Positions 11,762 through 25,082 of a stretch of 64,000 nucleotides of DNA are shown here, piece after piece. The translations under genes and the position numbers were made by a program. Every line of letters starts with the position of its first letter. Position 1 is the stretch's first letter. The DNA is from Paragordius varius (Eukaryota; Animalia; Nematomorpha). Below the pieces are notes generated by a model. The model did not search any database. It was given only the letters and a program-made list of their open reading frames with translations, and was not told where the DNA came from. The DNA is taken from NCBI GenBank assembly GCA_964247055.1, contig OZ176050.1:13516001-13580000 (forward strand), given 5' to 3'.

Positions 11762-14700
11762 ATGCTTTGCCGATTGCGACTATTTTATATCCCGCTTAGT
11801 AAAGCATAATTGTAATATATTAAGGGAGAAAACATTTAAATTTATCTGTTAGGTATGGAGTTGGTATTGTTAAGTTTGATTCTCCGGATTCAAAAGTCAA
11901 CACACTTTCCAAAGAAGTAATGCATGAATTCAATGATATTGTCCACAAATTCAAAACGAACCCTGAAATCAAAGCTGGCGTTATTATATCTGGGAAATTG
12001 GATAATTTTATAGCTGGTGCTGATATTAAGTATGCATATAACTAATAATATTATAGCATGATATCTGAATGTAAAACGGAAAAAGAAGCTAGAGAACTAT
12101 GTCAATCCGGTCAACGAATGATTAACGCAGTGGCCGACTCAGAAAAACCTATAGTAGCCGCTATTATGGGCACCTGTTTAGGTGGTGGCAATGAAGTATA
12201 ATACAATAAAATAGCGTTTATTGAATGGTTTAATGAAATTATATATTTTTTATATATTGAACTAAAATTTTTAATTTTTATTGGTAATTATTTGTTTTTA
12301 AACCACATTAGCGCGTTGTTGCAATTTTTTAGATATTATATTAAATGGGTTAAAAATTTGGATCTTAATTCCAGAGATTGCAACAACCATTTCTCTGAAA
12401 CCATAAAAATTAATAAATATTTTATAACTTCTCTGTTTAAAAATGGTATTTATTCCTTTTAAATTAATGGTATTTTATATATTCCAAAACATATACTTAT
12501 ATTTTTCATGATATTTGGAAAAAATATCACACCTTAAATCATTATTATATATATATATCTGTTCCTTAATTAGATTAAAATAGGCTATATATGTATATAT
12601 ATTTTCAAGACTAAACTATCATTAAAACCATTCAGCTAATAAACTTTAGTATAAATTGACAAAAAATTTTTTTGGAACTCAGAATTATTTTTAACGATTT
12701 ATCTATCTAAATAATGTATAATTATAGCCACAAATTATAATCTGATCGTAAATACTTAACGCTTATCCAAACTTAGCATAAAATAATTCAAATCAATCGT
12801 ATTTTTAAATTCTGCCAATTGATTTTTCAAAACACTCTTATTAGTTAGCATTAGCTTGTCATTATCGAATAGCCGTTAAAGAAAAAACTACCCTTGGTCA
12901 ACCTGAAGTTTTGATTGGACTCCTCCCGGCAGCTGGGGCTTGTGTTCGCCTAACAAAATTGGTTTCATTTCTTTTTTTTATAAAAAATTATTTTATTTTT
13001 AAAATTTCCCCCCAAAAAATTCAATTATTTTTGGTGATTCTTAACTTTTTACGTTATTATGATAATTAGAAAAGTTTTTTCGCAGTAAAAATAAGTTTCC
13101 AGTGTTTTTTATCACAAAATTAATGTATCGCCCTTTTTCAACCGGATTAATACGTTATTAATTAATGTTTAATACAAGTTAATTTAGAGCAAAATTTCTT
13201 TTATATTTAAAAGATTCCATTTGCAAAAGCTATGGACCTGCTTCTTACTGGGAAATCTATAACTGGGGAACAAGCTAAAAAGTTGGGTCTGGTCGATTTA
13301 TTAGTTGATCCCATAGGTATCAAAAAAATTTTATTATATTAACCTTTTTTTTCAATTCAAAAATGGTTTTATTAAAATTTATTTTATTTTTTCCGCATTT
13401 AATACGATATTTTGAGCTAATTTTGATGCAAAAATAGTAACATCCAATGCATCTTTAATTAAAATGTTCAAAACCTTGATATTGTTTTTGTTGAAAAATT
13501 AAGATTTTATTTGATTTTATACCATTTGTTAATATATCTTTAGGGCCAGGTATTCAATCTTCTGAAGAACGAACGCATAAAAATCTCGAAGAAATAGCTA
13601 TAAAGACTGCTAAGTATATTAAAAATTTTTTTAATAGTTAATTCAAAGAAAATAATTGATTATTGTATTAGTCTAAAGATAGGTTTGGTTAATTATAAAC
13701 AACTAAAATTTGTAAAAATTTAATTTTAATTCTTTTGATAATATACCATTTGCAATTCAAGAGTGTTGAACACTTTACATTGGTCCTTCAACTTTTTAAT
13801 TTTTTAACTTTCAATCGAGCCGACTTATTTTACACTTTTGATCATTTAGAAAACTTATATCTGTAAAGTTTTAAAAAAATATATTAATTTTAATAAAGTT
13901 TTTATATGTAATTTTAAAAAAAGTTTTGTGGGTAATTAATTCTAATTTTTCACGTTGAAAACATTCATATTTGAATAATATTGTTGAATTGGAAAAAATT
14001 AGTTTGAAACAAAAAATTGTTTTTTAAAAAAATTTAATGTTTATGATTTAATATATATGCATCAAGAAAAAAGGTTGAATATTTATAAAATAATAACTTG
14101 CAAAATTTTTGGTTAAATGCCAACTTAAAAACTTTAAGGACCAACTTGATGTGTTCAAGGATTAAAATGAAATTTTCAATTTGAAGTGTTCAAGGAAACT
14201 CTTGAGTTCCAAATGAAATTAAAATTATTAATCATCTTTTAATTTTTTATTTTACAGAGATTTAGCACAAAATGAAACTTGGAAAAGTACGCTTGAGGAC
14301 AATCGCAAAAAAATGTCCATGATGGATAGTAATATTTTTATTTAAAGCTATTTTTACCATTAAAACCTAGTTTTAATCAAGCCATTATAAAAAATATTAT
14401 AAATTATACAGGTGAATTCCTAAAATATACCATTTACAATTCAAATTCACTCTAAAAATAAATTATGCTTTTGCGGTCTAATAGAAGCACTCATTATTAA
14501 TATGAAATATATCTTTGTGACTTAGTTTATTCATTTTTCGGCATAATTAAATTTTAAACAAAATTTTATTTTTTTAACAATTTATTAATATATAGGTAAC
14601 TTTAAATCAAAATACACATAATTGATTTTAGGGTAAATGTGAAAATTGTTCGAGGGTGAATTTGAATTGTGTAAGGACATTTAAGTGTAAATGGTATAAA

Positions 14701-17700
14701 ACATATAATATTAAAATAAAAAATGAAATTACATGCCGACCAAACGTAAAAATTATATTATCAACCATATTTTTTAACCTTGCTCTATTTTTTTGGGTCC
14801 GAAAAAGAAAGACATATAAATTAGTGACACATTCAATTAATAATTAAATAGTTGTAGATATATATATATATTGTTTGATTTCATTTGTACTTCATTTGTA
14901 TGTTTTTCCAAAAATAGTTTTAAAATTTTTTTGATAAAATAACAATAAATCATTAAATAAATTATCAGTATGCATTTAATGGTTGCTTATCATTTCACAT
15001 GATAGTAGGGCAACTTGCAAACACACAGTAATGTATGGGATAAACAACAAAATGTTGAATAAACAATTGCATCCTTTCGTTTTTCCATACACTACTGTTT
15101 GTTGCAAATTACCCTCTTATAGTGTAAAATAAGCAAAACCATTTAAATGCTTACTATAAATTAAAACAATTTAATTTTGTTTCAATCGTCTAGAACTTAT
15201 GAATATGGGCTTAAAGAATACCTTGATACGAAATTTCATGTTTGATCAAATGAAGGGTAAAGTCTTGAAACAAAGCAAAGGTCATTACCCGGCGCCCTTA
15301 GCTGTCGTTGATGTAAGACAATAATATTTATTAGAATATTTATTTTAACAAAAAAATTTGTGATATAAAATAATTTTTTTTCTAAAAATACTGCTGTTTT
15401 TATAAATGTTAATTATTGTCAATGTAAAATTATATTTATTGGTAAAATAGCCCTTATTTCAAACTTGGATTACAGTATTAATGAACATTGTAATTAGTGG
15501 GATTATATTAAAATTTGGTTAAAAAACTTTTAAGTTTCGTGAGAAAATAAAATTTTTACAATTATTTAATATTTTTTAACTTTGAGATAATTATTGTGTT
15601 ATAGAATTGACATGCTTTGAAAATTTTGATTGATTTAATCCAAAACCACACTTATAGGAAATTTAAAATTATATTTTCAGTAAATTATAAAAAAATAATT
15701 TAATTACGAATTATATTCAAATTAAATTTATTACATAAATATTTTTGTGTTTAGGTTGTGAAAACCATATTGGAAAAAGGCGATGACCAAGGATTTTTAG
15801 CTGAATCTACAGTTTATATTACATAATTTTTCTATCTTTTTTAGTAAATAAATAATTTTTTTTTCTAAAATTTACTTAAAATTTTCTTTTTATTTTAATA
15901 TTTTTTCATTTTTAGTAAATAAAAATAATTTTTTTAGAATAATTTTACTTAAATTTTCTTATTATTTTAATTTTTTTATCATTTTTATTATAAATTAAAT
16001 TATTTTTTTCTAAAATTAACTTAAAATTTTTCCCTTTTTTATATTTTTACATTTTTAGTAAAAAAAATTATTTTTTTAGAATAATTTTACTATTTTCTTT
16101 TTATTTTATTTTTTTTCATTTTTAGTAAAAAATTATTTTTTTAGAATAATTTTACTTAAATTTTCTTTTTATTTTAATTTTCTATCATTTTTAGTATAAA
16201 TAAAAATAATTTTTTGTTCTAAAATTTATAAATTTCTTTTTTTTATAATTTTTTATAAAACATAGGCTTTTGGTCGTTTAGCAATGACACCAGAGTGTCG
16301 ATCTCTTATAGGACTATATAATGGTCAAGTTGTTTGTAAGAAAAATCCGTATGGAAAACCGGCTCACCCTATAAAGTTATAAATATTTTTTTTGAATAAA
16401 AATTTGTGTTTTCAACAATTTTCCATGTTAATTGGCTTTTTAAACGTTTCATTGAATTTTATATGTGTATTTAAAATATATTTATTAATTTTGTTTTAAA
16501 ATACGATAATTTTTGGGTTTATCTGGTATTATTAAGTACCTGAAATTCATTTTGATTGTGAGTTTTCATCACACTCTCTATTAATATAGAATGATTTTTT
16601 ACTTACCAATAAAAATTTTTTATTATCCATTTTAAACCAACCAACAACTATGCCATTTACACTTCAAGAGTGTCGTTGAACACTTCAAGTTGGTCCTTGA
16701 ACAGTTCAAGTTGGTCCTTTGACTTTTTCGTTTTGTTTTTAACTTTTATCAATCAAATTGTAAATAATTCATCTATTTTATTGTTTTTAACCTATTTTCT
16801 ATCTTTTAACATAAATATAAAATTGATATCAGCCTTTAATCTTTGATAAACCGTATATCTTTATTAATTTCTTAAAATAATTTTGGATATTTATAAGATT
16901 GTAACACGAAATGAAAAAAGATATAAGTTTTCTGGGTTATTAATAAAAAAATTTTCATTAAAAACATTTAAAAGTCAATAATTTTGTCCAATTGAAAAAA
17001 AATAGTTTGAAACAAAAAAGTCGTTTTTAAATTAAAAAATTTATTTTTAAATGAATAAATATATAATAAATAAAGAAAATTAGGTTAATAAATAATAAAA
17101 TAAAAAAATCAATGCAAAAATTATGGTTAAATCAAAATTTTTAAATAAGGACCAACTTGAAGTGTTCAAGGACCAACTTGAAGTCTTCAAGGACCAACCT
17201 GAATTGTTCAAGGACCAACTTGAATTGTTCAAGGACCAACATGAATTGTTCAAGGACCAACTTGAAGTGTTTAAGGACACTCTTGAAGTGCAAATGTTAT
17301 ATATAGAATCATGTATAATATATACATTAATTAATCTATGATAAGGGAAATTATATATAGATATTTGTTTAAAATCCTAAATAAGTTTTAAATTGTAATA
17401 AATTTAAAATATTATATACATTTTTTTGAATAATTCTTCCTATATATGTTTTTTTATGTAAATTTCGATAGAAACATAGGCATTCTAGGATCTGGTTTAA
17501 TGGGCGCTGGGATAGCTCAAGTCTCATTACTAGCCAGTCGTAAGAAAAAGGGTTATGAAACCATTTACCTCAAGGATGTGAATGAAAAAGCCATCTTTAA
17601 AGGTTGGAAACAAATTGAAACCTCGCTGGGTAAATCGGTCAAACGACGGAAAATTACAGCGTAATAATATATTTGATTAAATATTACATAAATTTTTAAA

Positions 17701-20700
17701 GTATCGTTGTAAAAATCGGATATCAAAGAGTTTGTCAAACTATCTCTATCAAGTTGCTGCAATATGTAATTCCCACTTCTTTATAAACTTGGCAAATAAT
17801 TTTTACATAAAAAGAGTAAAATATTACATATATGGTATTATAAAGTTAAAGTTGAATGATGCGTATGTATGTAGATTAAATAACAATGAGAATTGTAATT
17901 TTAAATTTTCTTAAAAGTCTTTATCGAAAAAAAGGATACATAAAATGAATAATAACGAACTGGGATGTCTTTAAGGGATAAAATTAAGGGTATATTATAT
18001 ATCTGGATCGATAAAATAAAAAAATTATTTAATATTTTCTTAAAAATATTTTAAATTCCCAGTATAAAAGCAGAAAGCACAGTGCTTTTTTAAATTAGGT
18101 TTTTATTAAAGGAATCCAAAAGAGTGTTTTATTTAAAGCTGCACTATCAAAAGTTATAGTCAATTATTTTTAGCAAATACCCTAAATTATTAGGTTTTCG
18201 AATGTCTGTTCAAGGGACTTTTTAGACTTCCCATTTTACAACACTGTATTTAACCTCTTCCTTATATAAGCCAACTATAAATAAAATAGAGAGGCTATTG
18301 AAATATGGTTGATTTTTAAAAGATTTTAACCTTAAGACCATTTTATACCGTAAAAATTGCGCTTATAAATAGTAAAAAAACTCCAATTTTTTATATTTTA
18401 TTCGTTACCCTTTTTATTACTACACTAAAAATGTATATAATTTTTGATTTTCATATAGTTACGATCAAGAAAAAATGATGAGTTCCCTGAAGGGTGTAAC
18501 TTCATACAAAGATTTACATCATTGTGATATTATTATCGAAGCTGTACCTGAGGATTTGGCTCTTAAACACCAAGTGCTCAAAGATTGTGAACAGGTTAAT
18601 TTTTAAGAGTTTTAAATAAGGAATAAATTTATGATTATACGCAAAAATATACATATTTTTTTATGTATTGTTTTGCTAGGTCATGCATGGATTTTAATAA
18701 AATCGTGGCAAATTGACATTTATTGGAAATTTCATTTGGCATTTATTTGTGTTATTTTTATATTTTGGAACCAAGTGTTTTCTTTGTTGTTGATACCATC
18801 AATTAGTCCTATTAGTTTTACAAAGTTGAATAAAATATAAACCAAATTTTTATAAACCATATACATAATTTTTTAAGCGTCATTTCAATTTATGAAAATA
18901 AATATTTTAGGTTATACCTGAACATTGTATATTTGCGACAAATACATCCGCTCTCCCCATCCATAAAATTGCAAGTGTTAGTAAAAGGCCAGAAAAAGTA
19001 TTTTATAATTTAAGCTATTTAAAAACTAAAGAATGCAGAATTAATTATATTTTATATCAGGTGATTGGTATGCATTATTTTTCACCTGTGGATAAAATGA
19101 TGCTGCTAGAAATTATAACAACCGATAAAACATCAAAGGATACATTAGGTACTTTAGATAAACTCTTTTTTGCACATTAATTTATAGTTTTTGTTTTATC
19201 CGCAAATAATTTTATTTGTTTTGTTTAGATTTGTGAGATTTACCTTTTTTTATTCTTTTTCAAACCCCAAAAACCCTTGATACAATGTCAATTTATATAA
19301 TAACACATTCAAAAATATATCAAGACTTAAAATAAAAAATCAGATATATATGCTAAAATCCAATACAAAATTATTTCATATGAAATAACTTATGATTGAA
19401 TTTCAATTCTTTATAAATATTTGCCATAAAAATCTTACGTTTAAAACAAATTGCATATGCATATATCTTATTTATATAGCCAGTGCTGTTTCTTTGGGCC
19501 TTGCACAAGGCAAAATAGTTATACGCGTGGGTGATGGTCCAGGATTCTACACAACTCGAATATTAACGGCCAGCCTGATGGAAATGTTGAAGTTACTTTG
19601 TGTAATACATGAGAATTTTATCATTCTTTTTTTTTCAATGCTTTTTAAAGTTTTAGCTGGATTTGAAATAAGATTGTAATGAAAAATACAATAAAGAAAC
19701 CATATTTTTGAATTCCTTTAGTTTTTTTAATAGCATATGATTAGCAATATTAAATACGGGATGAAATATGGCGAGAGAGTCTTTTATTAACCCTAAACAA
19801 CCTTAATTACAAAGGCAATATAGAATAATTTAAATAATTTGATGAAATGTAAAAATTTGATTTATACTTTTTTTACGACTAATTCTTGGCATGATAAAAA
19901 AAATTTGTAACAACAAAAAGACAAATATTTTTTTCCCAAAGAACCATACTTTTAAAAACCTTATTTTTTCCCATTATAAATTTATCAATTATAATTTTAA
20001 ATATATAATTGATATTATACAAAGACAAATATTTTTTCCATAGACAACCATACTTTTTAAGACCTTATTTTTTCCTATATAACTACTTACAATTGTAAAT
20101 AATTAATTGATTGATTGTGGTTACCAATTTACATTTATACCTACTTTACAATTTAAAACAATAAGTTATATTTGAAAAAATCAAATTTTTCAAAAAATAA
20201 TTTTTTAAAAAATATTTGTTTTCAATATGTTTTGACATATCTGTATAATTTTAGTTTTTTTATTGCACATTTTTTTCAAATTTATATTAATATTTATATA
20301 TTCAGGAAGGAGTTGATCCTATCCGGATTGATACATTGACAAAATCATTTGGTTACCCGGTGGGAAGTGTAACACTTGCTGATGAGGTCGGTTTAGACGT
20401 GGCGGCGCATATAACTGCCGATTTGAGCAAGGCTTTGGGACCACGTTTTAGTGGACTACCATTGGGTTTTTATGCTTCATGAGATAATTAAATAAAATGA
20501 TTAAATACAGTCATGTATCCAATATTTTATCAAAAATTTATTTTTTTTGTTAAATGGATATAAATATTTGGTAAAGAAGGAAAAAAAAAGCGTTTTATGG
20601 TAATTTTCATATGATATTGTTAATACCATTGAGCTCTTGTTTTTTCCATTTTTACCAAATATTTTTGCCCATTTACCGAAAAAAAATAAATTTTTGATAA

Positions 20701-23520
20701 AATAAAGGATACATGACTATATATATATTTACAATTTTTAAGGATACATTTTTTATTAATAAGCCCCATTTTTAAAAAAAATTTTTTATTAAGGTTTTTA
20801 GCAAAGATAACCTTTTTAATGGACACTTTTTATCAAAGGCAATCTCCGATTTTCATGAGGATAAAATGTTTATATGAAAAAAGCGTCGTTTTGGCGATAA
20901 TTTTATAACTTTATTAATTAATGCAAAAACTCATTTAGTTCATATATACTGGGACAAATAAATATAAACTATTTACAATTTAAATTCATCCTCTTAAAAA
21001 ATTCAAATTCACCCTCGAACAATTCAAATTCATCCTAAAATAAATTATGTGTTTTTCGAAATTTAAAATTACCTATATTTTTTTATATTTTTAAAAAATA
21101 AAATTACGTTTAAATTTAATATAATACTGAAAAAATAATAAACTATGCCATTAAAATATATTTATTATATATAATGAGTTATATTAGTTCGAAAACACAT
21201 AATTTATTTTTAGGGTGAATTTGAATTGTTCAAGGGTTAATTTGAATTGTAAATGATATATATAGGAGAACAGACACAAATGACACATAAAATTGGTGAC
21301 AAAAAATCTGGCACAGAGATGAGCGATAATCTTGATAATCCTTCTCATGCTAAAACTTCTTCAATTGGTGGCGGTTTACCTAATGCAATGTCTGATTTAG
21401 TTAATGCAGGATTTTTAGGTTATAATCAAAATTTTATTTATCATTAAATTAAAATTTTACAAAAAATTAACAAATTATATTTATGTAAATTTTTCTAATC
21501 TATACAGTAAACATTGAAATTAATTAAAGGTAAAGGACGTGTAGATATATATATAATCCTTGATTTTTCGATATTTGTGAAATTTATACTTGAATGTGTT
21601 ACCAATATGCATTTCTATTCCTTATTTCACAATCTTTGTTATATGGGTTTTAGTAAAAAAAACAGGTAAAAATATTTCTATTTTCCTAAAAAATATATAC
21701 ATAGTATATTAGTTTTACGTTTTGTCTTATTATATTTTATTTTTTTAAACCATAATCCAGGTCGAAAATCGGGTAAAGGAATTTTCGTTTATGAAAAGAA
21801 TGCAATGCCTGGATCAAAAAGACCTATAAATACGGAATCTCTGAATATATTGAGACAAAAATATGGCCTAACTTTACCACATGGTGTTAAAGAGTTAGTA
21901 TTTTTATGTATAATTTTAGGGGTGTATGTTTTGGTATATTATTATCCAGGATTATTTTGATAAATAGATCTATACATTTATATTAAAAAATGGGGTTAAT
22001 TTATTAATAATTTATAAGTTTGGTATGAAAATTTCTAGCCAATGGTTATCTGATTCGATTCTTTATTGTATAAAAATTTGAGGGATGGTTAAAAATTTTG
22101 GTTAAAATTTTATTTATATAAGTATTTTATAAACTTAACTGATGTAAATAGCATAAATATGTCTAATTGAAGGAGGTATTTACATATTTGATCGCGTATT
22201 GTTCATATTATTAATTACGTAGAGGATTTCAAACCATAAAAATTTAAAGAATTTAGTCTCTTTGAAATTTACGATATTTCATTTGATTTTAAAAAAATTA
22301 ATATATTTTCACCTGTAGAATATCCGATGAAGATATACAATGGCGACTTGCTACCCGATTCATTAATGAGGCTGTGCTGTGTCTGCAAGAAGATATCTTA
22401 AAATCACCAGTATATAAGATTCATATTTAACATTACAATAAAAATTAAAGTTATAAAGAAACGTTAAAAAGAAAAATATTTTTTAAACAGACTAACATAT
22501 TTTAAAAATGTAATGTTTCAAATGTAAGTTTTAGTTTTGGGTTGTAAAATAAATGTTAGAAATATTAAATAATAACACTCATTTTATATACCATTTAAAG
22601 TTCAAATTCACCTCAACTAACTTATTGTTTTGAATACTAAAAATTACCTATTTTTTTTTATATTCTTAAAAAATGAATTTTCCTAACATTATACTAAAAA
22701 ATAGACTGTGCCATAAAGATATGCATATTATTGATTATTTATATTAGCCCGAAAACACAACTTGTGGGGAATTTAAATTGTTCAAGAGTGAATTTGAGAT
22801 GTATATGGCATATATATATCAGAATTTTAATCATTTAAATTATGTGGAAAAATCAGGGTTTAAATATATATCGCCTGTCGTTTTGTAAAATATATTCGTC
22901 TTTTTATGCTGTCTTTATGGTATTAATTTAATTGAATATTTATTAAGCATGTTAATCCGGTTTAAATATGCAGATTGAAGGGGATATCGGTGCTGTTTTT
23001 GGATTGGGATTTCCACCTTTTTTGGGAGGTAATTATGTCAATTTATTGTAATTTCTAACTAATAAAAGTCTTTTTTTATCATATATCATCATTACAGTAT
23101 ATCTAAAAGACTGTCTTATAATTTTAATTTCTATTCACATGGTTGTAAAATTATGATTGGGTTTAATTAGGCTACACCCTCAATATATAACAAATTATAA
23201 TTACATAATTAATTTATATGAGGGAAAATGAATGATCTTTTAATTGTTAATGAAAAAAATTTTCATTTTTAGGTTATGGCTTTTCATCATTATTACATTT
23301 ATGTTTTGTCCGTAAATTTTTATTTTTACATTAAAATAATATTTTTGAATATATATATATATTAGGACCATTCCATTACATTGATACCGTCGGAGCTCAA
23401 ACCATTTGCGACAAACTTGAGAAATACCATGAAATGTATAATGGATCACCCGCTTATAAACCCTGTCAATTATTGCTGGATCATGCCAAAGACCCCTCTA
23501 AAACCTTCAGAAAACATTAA
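11762..23520 (+). CDS. HADHA: Mitochondrial trifunctional enzyme subunit alpha (enoyl-CoA hydratase / 3-hydroxyacyl-CoA dehydrogenase)
   Basis: 21 phase-consistent exons: 11762-11798 (start uncertain), 11825-12029, 12057-12195, 12845-12961, 13214-13316, 13544-13613, 14258-14328, 15194-15312, 15755-15811, 16266-16375, 17472-17660, 18459-18594, 18911-18997, 19061-19148, 19480-19601, 20306-20465, 21266-21418, 21761-21893, 22319-22409, 22974-23028, 23366-23520. Motifs: SKVNTLS, FIAGADIN, CLGGGx[75 protein letters not shown]. Confidence 0.97.
11799..11824 (+). other. 26-nt GT-AG intron (HADHA, probable)
   Basis: gtaaagcataattgtaatatattaag. Removal joins CTT A|GG AGA AAA CAT (L-R-R-K-H). Both flanking frames hit TAA inside the intron. 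Position and phase match my recollection of the human LL-T|RTH intron. Depends on the upstream 37 nt being a real exon. Confidence 0.65.
12030..12056 (+). other. 27-nt GT-AG intron (HADHA)
   Basis: gtatgcatataactaataatattatag. Read-through gives an in-frame TAA; removal restores the conserved GADIN|M. Confidence 0.92.
13746..14216. mobile_element. MITE family B copy (other copies 16653-17296, 55620-56175; right arm at 28670-29071)
   Basis: Termini TA|CCATTTGCACTTCAAGAGTGTCCTTGAAC and its reverse complement, with subterminal tandem 21-mers aacacttcaagttggtccttg. The AT-rich core is shared among copies. Confidence 0.85.
14430..14694. mobile_element. MITE family A copy (others at about 3480-3995, 20969-21256, 22591-22808, 34878-35137, 36190-36612, 36952-37214, 38976-39464, 51112-51440, 54917-55242, 56330-56590, 57853-58136, 59620-59828, 61437-61725)
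   Basis: Palindromic 260-490 bp element with termini TA|CCATTTACAATTCAAATTCACCC...GGGTGAATTTGAATTGTAAATGG|TA, subterminal 21-mers aacaattcaaattcacccttg and a shared core (aaactatgccataa...aataatgagttatattag). TA flanks suggest Tc1/mariner-type targeting. Confidence 0.9.
14966..15156. mobile_element. MITE family D (second copy 59422-59571)
   Basis: Near-fully palindromic: CAGTATGCATTT(T)AATGGTTGCTTAT...ATAAGCAA(A)CCATT(T)AAATGC(A/T)TAC, in a TA context. Confidence 0.8.
15820..16255. repeat. AT-rich minisatellite, about 6 copies of ~70 bp, filling a HADHA intron
   Basis: The anchor ttttagtaaa recurs at about 15838, 15910, 15982, 16051, 16120 and 16189, each followed by aataattttttt..aa..ttacttaaattttct. 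Confidence 0.8.
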
Positions 23521-24644
23521 AAATATATACTAAATTTTTATAATTGATATTTTATGTGTTAATTCATTCCGCTTTTTCGATATGTTTGTTAAAATGTAAT
23601 ATCACATTATCACAGATCAGTAATTCGTTAAATGCATTTTTCTGCCCTTAGAGTGTTTGATAAATTATTATTGTTTGGTATAATCAATCAATATAATAAA
23701 TGTATTTTTTGTATGAATACATAACATTTAAAATTTAGCCAACTTGGTGTATGACCAAGCTAAATTGGAATTCGAAAACTAATTTCTAGTTAAATTTTCA
23801 GTAAATATTACTTTCCGATTATTATTATTTCACGGATTTAACAATTGTTAATACAAAAACATTATCAATCCGTCATTTACCATTACAATAATAAATGTTG
23901 TCAATGTTTTCTGAGTTATATTTTGCAAAAGAATTTAAACTAAATCAATTACTTTATTAAATTTTAGCTCTGGTATTAAAATGGTTAAATTTTATTATTT
24001 GTATTAAAAAATAGCTCTCTTCCTGAAACTTGCCGCTAAATATTTGGACAAATTTTAAACGCTGAGCATATGCATTGCGTCCATTAAAAATATCCTGATG
24101 AAATATTATGATGGAAAATGTATCAGTACAATGTTGCTTTTGATTTCGGTCCTTACGAGTCACATAAGAAATCATTATCACTTTTCTAGTAACTGCTTCA
24201 TATGGGAAAATGGTAACATTTGCGCACAGTTAAACAAATTTTTCTTGGTAACTAAATGCTTCACTCCAAAAATAACACTAAAATATATCAAAAACTATAT
24301 ATAAAAACTAAAACATTGATTTTACAAAATTCTATTTTGATGTGGGCTTTCAAAGACCCATTTTTTTCTCTTCTAAAATGGAATAGTTCCTCAAAATAAA
24401 AGCGAAAATGCCTATATTGATTATAAACTAATAATATTTTTTTTAAAAATATATACCTTTTAAAATTAAATGGCGAAATTATTTGGAGTTACTACTAGTT
24501 TGATGCCTGATGGAAATGGTATAAAACGCTTTAACATATATAAAACCCTCTTTCATATAATTCTATTATGCTGTACAATATCATTTAAAGATAATTTAAA
24601 GTTTCGTTTGCTTTAAAATTTTTGTAAAAAACCGGATAACATTC

Positions 24645-25082
24645 ATTTCAGTCCTTCTATACAAATAGGGGTAGTTAAAGATACCAAGGCTTGTGAAAAG
24701 CTAAATATTTTAAAAAATAGGGAATAAATTGAACCCATGGCAATTTGCACTTATATAAGATTAATGAACCAATATATAATAAAAAATTCATTCAAAAATA
24801 TTTGATATTTATTCAGAGGTAAAATTTAAAGGTAAAATTTTTACCACCATGACATGTGTGCATAAGCTAAATATATAGATAATTAAAAAATGTTGTAAAA
24901 GAAAAAATGCGGGTGGTTTGATACGGAACTTTTAAAATTAATTATTTATTTCGATATTTTGGCTAATTTATATAATTTTTATTATGATAGTATCATAAAA
25001 ATTAATTGGAACCGTTTCTTTCAGTAGTTTTTTAAAAATAATAAGTAAAATATTGTTTGGGGTATTTAATTACCCCAATTTA
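24645..25082. mobile_element. TIR element family E (other copies 44053-44609 and 52170-52707)
   Basis: Imperfect ~30-bp inverted ends (cttcgattcaaattggggtagttggataccccag...ctggggtatttagatcccccaatttaaatcgaagtg) and shared internal blocks (gctaaatattttaaaaaata, cacttatataa, ggaaccg). Right ends at 44609, 52707 and 52934 are followed by TTAA. Superfamily unresolved; piggyBac-like is possible. Confidence 0.7.

Noticed and set aside
23155-23185. GGTTTAATTA resembling a nematode SL1 leader (also at 44141)
   Set aside because: The match stops after 9-10 nt, with no splice donor or Sm site; the second instance is part of a family E element.
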